Source: an uncultured virus (IMG/VR IMGVR_UViG_3300000243_000001)
Lineage: Duplodnaviria > Heunggongvirae > Uroviricota > Caudoviricetes
Virus record (IMG/VR): IMGVR_UViG_3300000243_000001
Length of the DNA stretch: 64,000 bases
Reading direction: 5' to 3' (one strand)
Each line of letters starts with the position of its first letter. Position 1 is the stretch's first letter. Below the pieces are notes generated by a model. That model saw nothing but the letters and a program-made list of their open reading frames with translations, did no database searches and was not told where the DNA came from. Below, piece by piece: positions 1 to 8,877 of this stretch. The position numbers and the translations under genes were made by a program.

Positions 1-1
1 A

Positions 2-109
2 TATGAAGATTGGAAGTTTAAGTTCAGTAATTCCAACACGTTGAATATTATACTCGTATTTCGGACCATTCTTTTGCATGTCCGGCAAGTCTTTATTGTA
101 TTCTACCAT
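2..109 (-). CDS. Hypothetical protein, partial (runs off the window edge)
   Basis: ATG at 109 just after the stop of the 112..321 ORF; frame MVEYNKDLPDMQ... stays open to the window start. Confidence 0.5.
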   Translation of the reverse strand, partial: MVEYNKDLPDMQKNGPKYEYNIQRVGITELKLPIFI

Positions 110-111
110 AT

Positions 112-321
112 TTATGACCGTCTCAATATTTGTTTTTCTAATTCGAGTTTCAAATCATCCATCTTTGCATATAACTCTTGTAGCTGTTCTATATCTAACG
201 ATTTTGTTAATTCTAGAACTAGGTCATATCCACTCAATGCGTATTCACCATTATCCTTCAATGGACAATCGATCAATGAAGATGCAATTTTGAAAGTCCC
301 ATCTAATTTAGGAAGTGTCAT
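112..321 (-). CDS. Small hypothetical protein, paralogue of the C-terminus of 318..653
   Basis: ATGA overlap with upstream gene; GYDLVLELTKSLDIEQLQELY resembles GYDETILFLDSLSAGQLQDIY. Confidence 0.65.
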   Translation of the reverse strand: MTLPKLDGTFKIASSLIDCPLKDNGEYALSGYDLVLELTKSLDIEQLQELYAKMDDLKLELEKQILRRS

Positions 322-653
322 AGCTTTCCAAGAAGTTTAGCTTCGATTAAAACTAATAGTTCTTCCTTACGTTTATATATATCTTGCAACTGACCTGCAC
401 TCAGACTATCAAGAAATAAAATTGTTTCATCATAGCCATCTGTATCAGTACCAGGTACTCCTACTTCCGTCCAGGTAGTGCCATCATAAACCAATAGTTT
501 CCCATCTTCATATTTAACATTACCTGTGATTGCCGGTATCGATATATCATATGCTATGTTACCATCACCTATTGCTAATTCACTACCCATAACATGAGTT
601 TTAACTTCGGCATTTACGATATGATTAAGGTCTATTGGTTTATTATTTGACAT
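318..653 (-). CDS. Hypothetical protein (111 aa)
   Basis: Start moved to MSNNK (653) just after the upstream stop at 658; C-terminal helix shared with 112..321. Confidence 0.65.
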   Translation of the reverse strand: MSNNKPIDLNHIVNAEVKTHVMGSELAIGDGNIAYDISIPAITGNVKYEDGKLLVYDGTTWTEVGVPGTDTDGYDETILFLDSLSAGQLQDIYKRKEELLVLIEAKLLGKL

Positions 654-657
654 AGTA

Positions 658-972
658 TTAACCAGGAAATTGGATCTGTTGCCCAGTAATATTCTTAAGA
701 TCAGCTGGTGTTGCTGGAATGATAGTACTGGTGATCTGCATATATTGTTCAAGAAGTTGAGGATCAGCAATCGTTTGAACAGCAATAGATGAAGCTGGAA
801 TATCTGCTTCATCACGAGAATATGGTGCCCAGTATGGGCTGATACCCATTCGGATTGCATTACTACCAGGTTCAGGTACTGCTTGAAGTAGCAAACAGTT
901 TACGAGAGTTTCTTCAACAAGTTTGCCAACTACAGTTTCGCCAGTTACAAGTCTACACAATTTAACGTCCAT
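658..972 (-). CDS. Small protein, possible Sm-like fold; paralogue of 1942..2277
   Basis: VKLCRLVTGETVVG...PYWAPYS...IPASSI pattern as in small T4-like phage proteins; AAGGA RBS. Confidence 0.55.
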   Translation of the reverse strand: MDVKLCRLVTGETVVGKLVEETLVNCLLLQAVPEPGSNAIRMGISPYWAPYSRDEADIPASSIAVQTIADPQLLEQYMQITSTIIPATPADLKNITGQQIQFPG

Positions 973-1022
973 TACAATTCCTTATTATTATTATATTTAT
1001 ATATAATTGACTGTCCGACAAC

Positions 1023-1934
1023 TTAATACATTTCAGACAATCTATCTTTATTCAATTCTCGAGTCATTATTTGAGCATCTCTACTCTGATGACTACAATC
1101 ATTGATGATTAAATCAATATCGTTCTTAACACAATGATCGATTATATCATATGTGATTAAACGTGAGAAAGTAGGCGATGTGTGTCCACCTCTAGCCATT
1201 GATGTATACACATACGTTTCCGTCTCCGGATATTCAGCTAGAGCTCTCTCGGTATTGAAATAATGTTCGGAACAATTAACTTGAGTAACACCCATGTCAA
1301 ATGCTTGTTGTAGACCATTTTCCTTGATTGCCCATTGTTTCATTGCTGGTGTTGATGGAGTCTCAATACTGACTCGATCAAACATCTTACACGCAACCTC
1401 CATTCGATTGACTATAACTGGATCGAAACCGGTCGCACCGAGATGAAATCGAACTTCAGATATTCCAGCATCAACAAGACGCTGTAAACGTTCTGGTGTA
1501 GCCAATAAGCCGTTCGTATATGTCCATTGATATACATCATGATATTGATTACCTGGATGGCCGTTAAAATTCTCAGCTATAAACTCAGCCATGTCTATTA
1601 TCTTCTCAACAAACATTAACGGTTCACCACCAGAGTAACCGATACCACGTATCGTACCTTTAGGAACAGTTAATAAAGCAGCTTTAATGTCATCTATCCA
1701 TAGACGTTGCATAGCCTGAGGATGTTCGACCTTATTACGCTTATCATCTGCCGTTCCTTGTGGACAATATATACAATCTAAATTACAACGATGACCCACA
1801 TATAAACACCACCAAGTACCATCCTTACATGATAAACATCCTGGCGATAAGCCTTGATTAACACTTAACACTTCATTATCTGCTTTCTTTAATTCGTGTG
1901 GATTGTATATCGGAGATAACCCGTTATTTAACAT
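1023..1934 (-). CDS. Radical SAM protein
   Basis: CNLDCIYC (CxxxCxxC), SGGEP and YTNG motifs, extra N-terminal SPGCLSC; start uncertain. Confidence 0.85.
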   Translation of the reverse strand: MLNNGLSPIYNPHELKKADNEVLSVNQGLSPGCLSCKDGTWWCLYVGHRCNLDCIYCPQGTADDKRNKVEHPQAMQRLWIDDIKAALLTVPKGTIRGIGYSGGEPLMFVEKIIDMAEFIAENFNGHPGNQYHDVYQWTYTNGLLATPERLQRLVDAGISEVRFHLGATGFDPVIVNRMEVACKMFDRVSIETPSTPAMKQWAIKENGLQQAFDMGVTQVNCSEHYFNTERALAEYPETETYVYTSMARGGHTSPTFSRLITYDIIDHCVKNDIDLIINDCSHQSRDAQIMTRELNKDRLSEMY

Positions 1935-1941
1935 TTGAAGC

Positions 1942-2277
1942 TTACCCTTCAGCTTCTCCTGTCGCAACTTTATCTTCTCCATGAACTCCATTCTGTCCAT
2001 TAGCATTCTCCTGGGCTTTCTCAAGTATATTTTTAATCATCTCAAGATATGACCCTTGTAGTTGTTGAGGTGCATCTTCCATATATATAACTTTCTCTGC
2101 CGGAATTATTTTAGCTAGCGATGCTGTGATTGGATGCATATAAGGTACAATTCGAATACCTTGTTCACCAGACACCGTGTTTGAATTAAATGTTACCAAT
2201 GCTACGTTTGTTAATAGGTTATCGACATGGCGTCCAACTACGAATTCATGCGATACCAGTTTCGCTAGTTTAATCAT
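1942..2277 (-). CDS. Small protein, possible Sm-like fold; paralogue of 658..972
   Basis: MIKLAKLVSHEFVVG...IRIVPYMHP...IPAEKV aligns by eye with 658..972. Confidence 0.55.
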   Translation of the reverse strand: MIKLAKLVSHEFVVGRHVDNLLTNVALVTFNSNTVSGEQGIRIVPYMHPITASLAKIIPAEKVIYMEDAPQQLQGSYLEMIKNILEKAQENANGQNGVHGEDKVATGEAEG

Positions 2278-2278
2278 T

Positions 2279-2818
2279 CTATTTACCGATAGTTGTTAAA
2301 TTTGGAACAATTACAGTATTGTATAAATCGTTTAATGATAAACATATACCGTAACATGTCTGTAAAGGTTGACTTTCGCGACTAGAATCATATGCAGTGT
2401 ACCAAAATACATCTTTGATTGGTACCATTGCTGAAAACTTCATTTTACCATTTATATCAGTTTTTGATTTAGCGATTTTATCAATATCTGCTTTTGTAAT
2501 GTTGAAGTGTTTATTAAACAGATTAGTTATCCAACCAACACTTGTTGATACATATTCTGAATCTTTTGTCGATAGTCTACGATTTGGATACATCATTTTC
2601 ATTATAATATGAATATTTGTATCACCATTATTTTTATGTGTAAATACTGCGATGTTTGATTCTGTCATTCCACTATTTTTGGGAATGTGAAACTTTAATT
2701 GATGTGGAACATATCTGAATTTCAGTGGTGATAAATTAATTTTTTGAACACTCATCGTACAATCAAAATCATGATCTACATGTGTTAATACATATCGTGG
2801 ATTTTCAGTTTCACTCAT
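2279..2818 (-). CDS. Hypothetical protein
   Basis: 179-aa ORF with GGAG RBS, in operon. Confidence 0.7.
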   Translation of the reverse strand: MSETENPRYVLTHVDHDFDCTMSVQKINLSPLKFRYVPHQLKFHIPKNSGMTESNIAVFTHKNNGDTNIHIIMKMMYPNRRLSTKDSEYVSTSVGWITNLFNKHFNITKADIDKIAKSKTDINGKMKFSAMVPIKDVFWYTAYDSSRESQPLQTCYGICLSLNDLYNTVIVPNLTTIGK

Positions 2819-2842
2819 GAGTATAACTCCAGTTCAAATAAA

Positions 2843-2864
2843 GAATGGGCCCGAAGACCCATTC
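2843..2864 (-). terminator. Putative terminator hairpin
   Basis: GAATGGG...CCCATTC inverted repeat followed by TTTATTT on the minus strand. Confidence 0.5.
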
Positions 2865-2873
2865 ATTGTACAA

Positions 2874-4169
2874 TTATCGCTTCATTTGACCGGACATTGC
2901 CATATTCCAGGCTTGACCGTTCAGTAGGAATTCGAGTGCTCGTTGAAAACCTATTGCATATTCATCTGTAATTGGAAATGAATATGTGTTTCCACTCTGT
3001 GTATTGGTGGATTGAATCAGGAACGATGTACCATTATTCGTAATGGACGATGGATTCGGATTCCATGAACCAGCCTTGATGACTCGTTCAAAGATTCGAA
3101 CCGGTGTTCCTTGTGTTGTATGGTTAATGGCTAATGCGTGTTCAGAGAATATATTGAAGTTTGCGAGGCGAGTACAATTTCCAATAATTATAGAGGTATC
3201 AGTAAATGCACCTCCATTATCTGAAGCCATTCCAACGCGCATATTATTAAATGACGCATTGAACCCAATAGTCAATATCTGAGCTTCACCTGGTTCGAGT
3301 GCTTGGTTTGCATATAATTTCTTATTAACAAACCAGAACATATCGATAATAGCGAACTTCTCACCACTGTTTGTAAATCCACCGCCACCATTTCCTTGGT
3401 TTTGTTGGAATCCACCTCCGCCACCTTGGTTCTGATTCTGTTGGAATCCACCTTGATTCTGTGGTGGTTGTTGGAATCCACCTCCGCCACCGTTTGGGTT
3501 AAAATTCTGCTGTGGTTGCTGGAAGTTTTGTTGTGGTTGCTGTTGTTGATTCGGATTAAACGCCGGACCATTATTCTGCTGTGCAGGTTGCTGTTGTTGA
3601 ACAGGTTGCTGTTGTTGAACAGGTTGCTGCATAGGTTGTTGTTCCGGTTGCTGCTGAACAGGTTGCTGTTGAACAGGTTGTTCTTGTGGTGGTTGAAATC
3701 CTTGACCAGCAGGGTTCTCACCAGGGTTGAACGCATTTCCAGCTTGTTGTGGAGCAGCGTTTGGATCAACACCAGGTTGTTGCTGTTGGTTAGGGTCACC
3801 ACCTTGTGGCATAGTAAATGGTTGACCTTGTGTTTGCATACCAACTCCTTGTGGATATTCCGGTTTTGGTTGACTGTCGATAGTTGGCCCAATTCCTGTT
3901 TCATTCAATTTGACTTCCGCTTCCGCTTTAGTTTCTTGATTCATAACAGTGTCGATTGCATCATCTATAACAGTTTCAGTTTCAGTAACAGTACTGATGG
4001 TTTGAGAAACAAAAGTATCGGTCGGTTCATAGGAATTATCGAATGGATCATCCTTAATAGCCTTTGATACGTCAGAAAATGGATTGTCTGCAACATTTTG
4101 TTCAGTTGCGGCAGATATCGGTGCTGTTTCTACGACTGATTTCTCAAAGGGGTTTTCTGTTGGATCCAT
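2874..4169 (-). CDS. Protein with acidic and Q/N/G/P-rich disordered N-terminus and a ~160-aa globular C-terminal domain
   Basis: QQQPV and GGGGFQQ repeats; GAGG RBS; C-terminal domain possibly Whirly/PC4-like (weak). Confidence 0.75.
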   Translation of the reverse strand: MDPTENPFEKSVVETAPISAATEQNVADNPFSDVSKAIKDDPFDNSYEPTDTFVSQTISTVTETETVIDDAIDTVMNQETKAEAEVKLNETGIGPTIDSQPKPEYPQGVGMQTQGQPFTMPQGGDPNQQQQPGVDPNAAPQQAGNAFNPGENPAGQGFQPPQEQPVQQQPVQQQPEQQPMQQPVQQQQPVQQQQPAQQNNGPAFNPNQQQQPQQNFQQPQQNFNPNGGGGGFQQPPQNQGGFQQNQNQGGGGGFQQNQGNGGGGFTNSGEKFAIIDMFWFVNKKLYANQALEPGEAQILTIGFNASFNNMRVGMASDNGGAFTDTSIIIGNCTRLANFNIFSEHALAINHTTQGTPVRIFERVIKAGSWNPNPSSITNNGTSFLIQSTNTQSGNTYSFPITDEYAIGFQRALEFLLNGQAWNMAMSGQMKR

Positions 4170-4183
4170 ACCTGCCTCGTTAA

Positions 4184-4435
4184 TTAATTAGCAGTAGCCT
4201 CTGATTCCTCTGCAGGTTTACTTGCAGCCACTAAGGTTACATCCATAGCAACTAATCCTTTTTGAGATTGCTCAATACTGAAAGAAACCTCGTCACCATC
4301 ATTTAGACTTTTAAAGCCTTCTGCAGCGATATTAGAATAGTGCACGAATACATCATCTGCTTGACCTTCCAATTCGATGAATCCATAACCTTTAGTCGTA
4401 TTAAACCACTTTACTTTACCAGTTGTCTTAGACAT
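4184..4435 (-). CDS. cspA: Cold-shock domain protein
   Basis: GKVKWFN..KGYGFI (RNP1) and DVFVHYS (RNP2). Confidence 0.95.
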   Translation of the reverse strand: MSKTTGKVKWFNTTKGYGFIELEGQADDVFVHYSNIAAEGFKSLNDGDEVSFSIEQSQKGLVAMDVTLVAASKPAEESEATAN

Positions 4436-4461
4436 AATTCTTACCTTGATGTGTTAATTAT

Positions 4462-6594
4462 TTATTGACCATATTTATACTGCAAGTAATCCTCGCCTAA
4501 TTGCTGTGCTATCTTAATGGTTAACATGCCATTATTAGTGATAGACTGAGCAAGCCAGTGATTACTATAACGAAACGTAGACAACCCATAGAGTCCATAA
4601 GTCGTATTCATAACAACTTTAAATGATTTCTGACGGTTGTCATTTAAATCATACTCGAAGGTACCACGCGTACATTCTTGACGAGCATCTTTGTACTTAG
4701 TACGGAGATTACCCATTGTTGTGAGAAAGTTTGTGAACAATCCCATGTATTCAGAATGTTTATAGAACAACGTTCCAGATAACGTAATGATGTATTTCTG
4801 GAAAGTCTGGACACCTTCAACCAATGGGTATTTATTAATGAAGCAATTAGTATCAGCAGGATTAAACATAATATAAATCTCTGGATACATATGTTGCAAC
4901 ATATCAACGTTATTCGCATCATATCGATCCATGAATAAGTAATCATATGCAAACTGATTGTATTTCTTATTTTCTGGATGAATTAGATTCATTGCATCTA
5001 ACAATGGTGTTAGGTAATGTCTCAAGTATACATGATGTTTCAATGTTGTTGGAGCACATACTTCTTGGAAAGTTAATCCACTAGTGAATAACTTACTAAA
5101 CAAGTACATTATAATATTGTACATTTTAATCGATGTTTCTCGCTTCTGGGCTTTCACAGTGTTACCATATGCCCAACACATTGTTGATACGTTCTGGGCT
5201 AGAGCATCCGGCATTACTGTTTGCGCCATACACTTTTCTAATAACTGTAATGATTTGTATGTACATGGAGGAATAATCCTACCAACATACGAGTCAAATG
5301 ATATGTTTGACTGAAGAATCATCGATGGGTATAGTGCCTTTGCATCAAGGTCAATTACAAGAGAACCGTCATTAATAATTTTTGGATTCGGTTCTTTTAC
5401 ATATGCACCTGGGAAGCGTGTTAATGCATTACTATACGTTTTCGATGGTATCTTAGGAAGTTTACACTGTTTTCCTTTCGGATCATTTAGGGCTGGAAGA
5501 TGCATAAGCTTATCTTCTTCTAAATTCCTACGAGTCTCAGTATTAATTCCATACCGAACATATTGTTTACGTTCTACAAGCTTTGAGTAAATCATGGAAT
5601 CAAAGATAGCTGCAGATCCCATCATACTTGCAGCAAATCCACTTCTCATAATTCTTCGAAGTGTATTATACAGTTCAACATGTTGCAGTTTTGCATTGAG
5701 TAAATACGTAAGCGCGACATCAACGATATTGTATAGTAAGAACCAATACGGATCATTTTCATACAATTCATTAAGTGAAACGTTCTCACTCTTATACTCA
5801 ATTTTCTGTAGTCCCAGCTCTTGAGTAGCGATATTGTCCAAGGTATAATTACTTTGTTTCCTACCGAGGTTCAACCCACCTTCATCACGAGGTTTATATG
5901 CATATAATAGATCTAAAATAGCATATTCTGGAAATGATACAAAGTCACCTTTCTGAGTTATATGACCCAGTTTAGTGACCATTCTATTTGCAACTTCCGC
6001 ACCAAACAACTTGACAGTACGAAAGAATAGATATGGATAATCAAAATAATCACTATTCCAACCACTAATGACACATGGATCTATAGTCATTAATCTAGCC
6101 CAATAATCTTGAAGAAGCTTCTCCTCTTGATTATATAAGTAGATGGTTAACTCACAATCTGCATCGATGTATTTCTTTTCGAGAAGTACACTCTTCATAT
6201 GATTCTGAGCTTGAACGATAAAGGTATTGTAATCGAAACCTTCGGCGTTCGTAATACCAAACAGAGCCATATTGGAATCTTGAAGGAGCAGATACGCATG
6301 GTAGTGCTTAGAAATAGTATCAACAATTGTAACAGCATTAATAGGAAGATGAGCGGCCTTAAAGTCGAAGTCCTCATCATTAGGGTTATATAACTCTATA
6401 TCCGTTAGGGCCGTATTAATTAGTTGTGGTGCATCCATTGTATCTGTTGGATGGTTTAAATAGTAGTCTACACTATAGTGAGTTCCAATAGGAATATCTG
6501 CGTTATAGAAGTTATAAAAACTTAAGTCACCCGCACGCATCATATTCATTACGTAATTCAAATCGAAGTTCTGCAGTTGGGGATTAGGCATCAT
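4462..6594 (-). CDS. Family B DNA polymerase, N-terminal part (3'-5' exonuclease, motifs A and B)
   Basis: TDIE (ExoI), GWNSDYFD (ExoII), YNIVD (ExoIII), FPGAYV, DAKALYPS (motif A), KVVMNTTYG (motif B); ends before motif C. Confidence 0.9.
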   Translation of the reverse strand: MMPNPQLQNFDLNYVMNMMRAGDLSFYNFYNADIPIGTHYSVDYYLNHPTDTMDAPQLINTALTDIELYNPNDEDFDFKAAHLPINAVTIVDTISKHYHAYLLLQDSNMALFGITNAEGFDYNTFIVQAQNHMKSVLLEKKYIDADCELTIYLYNQEEKLLQDYWARLMTIDPCVISGWNSDYFDYPYLFFRTVKLFGAEVANRMVTKLGHITQKGDFVSFPEYAILDLLYAYKPRDEGGLNLGRKQSNYTLDNIATQELGLQKIEYKSENVSLNELYENDPYWFLLYNIVDVALTYLLNAKLQHVELYNTLRRIMRSGFAASMMGSAAIFDSMIYSKLVERKQYVRYGINTETRRNLEEDKLMHLPALNDPKGKQCKLPKIPSKTYSNALTRFPGAYVKEPNPKIINDGSLVIDLDAKALYPSMILQSNISFDSYVGRIIPPCTYKSLQLLEKCMAQTVMPDALAQNVSTMCWAYGNTVKAQKRETSIKMYNIIMYLFSKLFTSGLTFQEVCAPTTLKHHVYLRHYLTPLLDAMNLIHPENKKYNQFAYDYLFMDRYDANNVDMLQHMYPEIYIMFNPADTNCFINKYPLVEGVQTFQKYIITLSGTLFYKHSEYMGLFTNFLTTMGNLRTKYKDARQECTRGTFEYDLNDNRQKSFKVVMNTTYGLYGLSTFRYSNHWLAQSITNNGMLTIKIAQQLGEDYLQYKYGQ

Positions 6595-7492
6595 GCGCTC
6601 TTACAGTTTCTATTATATGTTTGGATACCTTATTCAGTACAAGTCCCCAACATAAATTTTCATCTATAGTTATACCATAATAGTTTATAACCTGTTTAAG
6701 TTTGACTGGATCGTATGAATATGGAATAGCCAGTTTAGTCAAGTTATTAAGTGGTGTATCACCTATATAACGGCGATGTTTGTGTCTAAGTGCAGATATC
6801 TTATTGTCGAAGTCAACCGGATTAGCTATCGCTATAGGTACAGTCATTCCAGCAGCCATAGGTGAAAATATATGTTCATCCATGATTGTGTTATATAACT
6901 GCATAGCGGTAACCTGCCATGGTGTTCGATCCTTCTTATGTCCAGATCCCCATTTCTTAGGTGTAGCAAATGGTTGAACATTAAGATCTGCAATTAGAGC
7001 TTTAAGTTTAGCGTTATATTGCATAGCGAGTTCATTAATTGGGTTCAGTAACTTCTGACCACGAAACTCTTTATTAAATATAACATCTTCAATAATCGAT
7101 CTGATGAAGTCTTTCGTTAATGGTGGAATATCGGATTTCTTAATGATTCCAGTATATTCGATACCTGAGGTTATTTTACCTTCAATTGCAAGTAATGAAT
7201 ATGCATAATTCTTTTTAACGGGTAGAAGTAACATACCATCGCATACTAACTCTGTTTTGAATAGAGTCTCATTATAATCAGATTCAATACCCATTTTAGG
7301 TAATAGAATATTCTCAGTATAATGTGTTATTTGTTGGTTTATCTCTTCACCAATTTCTTCAGATAAGCGTAGTGCTTCTTCTGGAGTTTCTGGAATTAAA
7401 GTTGGAACATTGATGTATAAAGAATCGGTATCACCATAAATGACATACTTCATCGCTCTTTCAACATTTTGGAAAAATTGATAGTCTATCAT
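6584..7492 (-). CDS. Family B DNA polymerase, C-terminal part (motif C and thumb)
   Basis: YGDTDS near the N-terminus, KKNYA, GIIKKSD. Confidence 0.9.
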   Translation of the reverse strand: MIDYQFFQNVERAMKYVIYGDTDSLYINVPTLIPETPEEALRLSEEIGEEINQQITHYTENILLPKMGIESDYNETLFKTELVCDGMLLLPVKKNYAYSLLAIEGKITSGIEYTGIIKKSDIPPLTKDFIRSIIEDVIFNKEFRGQKLLNPINELAMQYNAKLKALIADLNVQPFATPKKWGSGHKKDRTPWQVTAMQLYNTIMDEHIFSPMAAGMTVPIAIANPVDFDNKISALRHKHRRYIGDTPLNNLTKLAIPYSYDPVKLKQVINYYGITIDENLCWGLVLNKVSKHIIETVRAHDA

Positions 7493-7534
7493 ATATTTGT
7501 TATATCTTTATAATTTTGATCCTCAAAAACTTCC

Positions 7535-8875
7535 CTATAACTCGATAGTATTGAAATCACTACCGAATTCTTCATGGAGTATTCCCATCTTACGATCGAT
7601 GTTTTTACTGAATACCCCATTGAATCCGGTTTCAATCATATCATAAACAACCGGTTGTTGTTTACCATCAAACGATCTAAGAATACGTCCAATAACCTGT
7701 ATTAGACTCTTTTTACCATCTAATGGTGTTCCGAGAATAGCAGCAGATAGCGATGGCATATCAAACCCAGCACCAGCATACTTATATGTCGCAATGACAA
7801 TTTCATCGTTCTCTTTATCAATATCACGTTTCTGACTGTAAAATTGACGAGATTCAATACTATTCTCTTTTAGCATCGCATGTATAGCTTTAACTAACGC
7901 TACTGTAAATACGATGATGATAACTTTGTGTCCATTAGTACGTAGCTCTTGAACTAACTTGAGCATTACTTCAAAGTACTTTGGACTCTTATCAAGTTTA
8001 GAAATATACATGGATCGACGTCTGATCATATCACGAATGTACATGATCTGTTTACCATATTTACCATCTAGACCTGAATCGAACTTAACAAAGTTTACTG
8101 TAGGTATTAATTCATACTCATCTTCTTGTGCAACAATTTGACCTAACGCATTGTCCATAAATATCTTATGAAGATTGTCAGCAAATGGTGTTGCAGATAG
8201 CCCGAATACATTAACTGTATTTAGAAATAAAGATGCAGTAGCATACTTCGGACCACATGTTGTAGCATGACATTCATCGAAAAATACCAAGTCGAACCCT
8301 TGCTCCTTGATCTTTACATAGAACTCCTTCATGTTAGATTTCGCTCTACTCATGAAAGTTTGCACTAAAGCAATAGTAAAAGGGGTATCTTCCTCAACGG
8401 TGAACTTACCACCGCCAATTATTCCGATTTGATCTTCAGTTACAGTAGTGAAATCACATATTGCTTTCTTCCACTGTTCCATTAGATTACTGTTGTCAAT
8501 TATAATTAAAGTTTTCCGTTTTGTCGTTGCAGCGGTATATACAGACATGACTGTCTTACCAGCTCCGGGTATAGCTTTAACTATTCCACCACAAGTTTGT
8601 GGTGAATTGATGATGTTCTCTGTAATGTTACAGATATTAATTTGATTTGTTCGTAACTCGAAGCCGTCTTTAACAGCCATATCAACGAGTTTAGGTTCCC
8701 AAGTTGTATCAACATGGAAGTTTAATAGTGGAGAAGGGAAGTTGTATGCAAAATACCTAGGTAGAAACACACAACCATCACCTTCATGGAGTATCAATTC
8801 ATTTGCATGTGGGGATAATGCTAAATATTGATTGAAGTATCGATTTAAATCCTGGTTCGGTAGTATAGTCCACAT
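7535..8875 (-). CDS. Superfamily 2 helicase (UvsW/ResIII-like)
   Basis: PGAGKT, DECH, SAT, GFDMP and QVIGRILR motifs. Confidence 0.9.
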   Translation of the reverse strand: MWTILPNQDLNRYFNQYLALSPHANELILHEGDGCVFLPRYFAYNFPSPLLNFHVDTTWEPKLVDMAVKDGFELRTNQINICNITENIINSPQTCGGIVKAIPGAGKTVMSVYTAATTKRKTLIIIDNSNLMEQWKKAICDFTTVTEDQIGIIGGGKFTVEEDTPFTIALVQTFMSRAKSNMKEFYVKIKEQGFDLVFFDECHATTCGPKYATASLFLNTVNVFGLSATPFADNLHKIFMDNALGQIVAQEDEYELIPTVNFVKFDSGLDGKYGKQIMYIRDMIRRRSMYISKLDKSPKYFEVMLKLVQELRTNGHKVIIIVFTVALVKAIHAMLKENSIESRQFYSQKRDIDKENDEIVIATYKYAGAGFDMPSLSAAILGTPLDGKKSLIQVIGRILRSFDGKQQPVVYDMIETGFNGVFSKNIDRKMGILHEEFGSDFNTIEL

Positions 8876-8877
8876 AC

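Noticed and set aside
3400..3700. Short tandem DNA repeats (GGTTGCTGTTGTTGAACA-like) as a possible CRISPR array
   Set aside because: In-frame coding repeats with no unique spacers of constant length and no cas genes
3272..4067. Long alternative-frame ORFs (3272..3904 -, 3396..4067 +)
   Set aside because: Shadows of the Gln-codon repeats in 2874..4169 (poly-Leu/Asn products, no RBS)
4462..7492. Intron, intein or frameshift explanation for the split polymerase
   Set aside because: The halves are in inverted order and no intein terminal motifs or intervening sequence are visible
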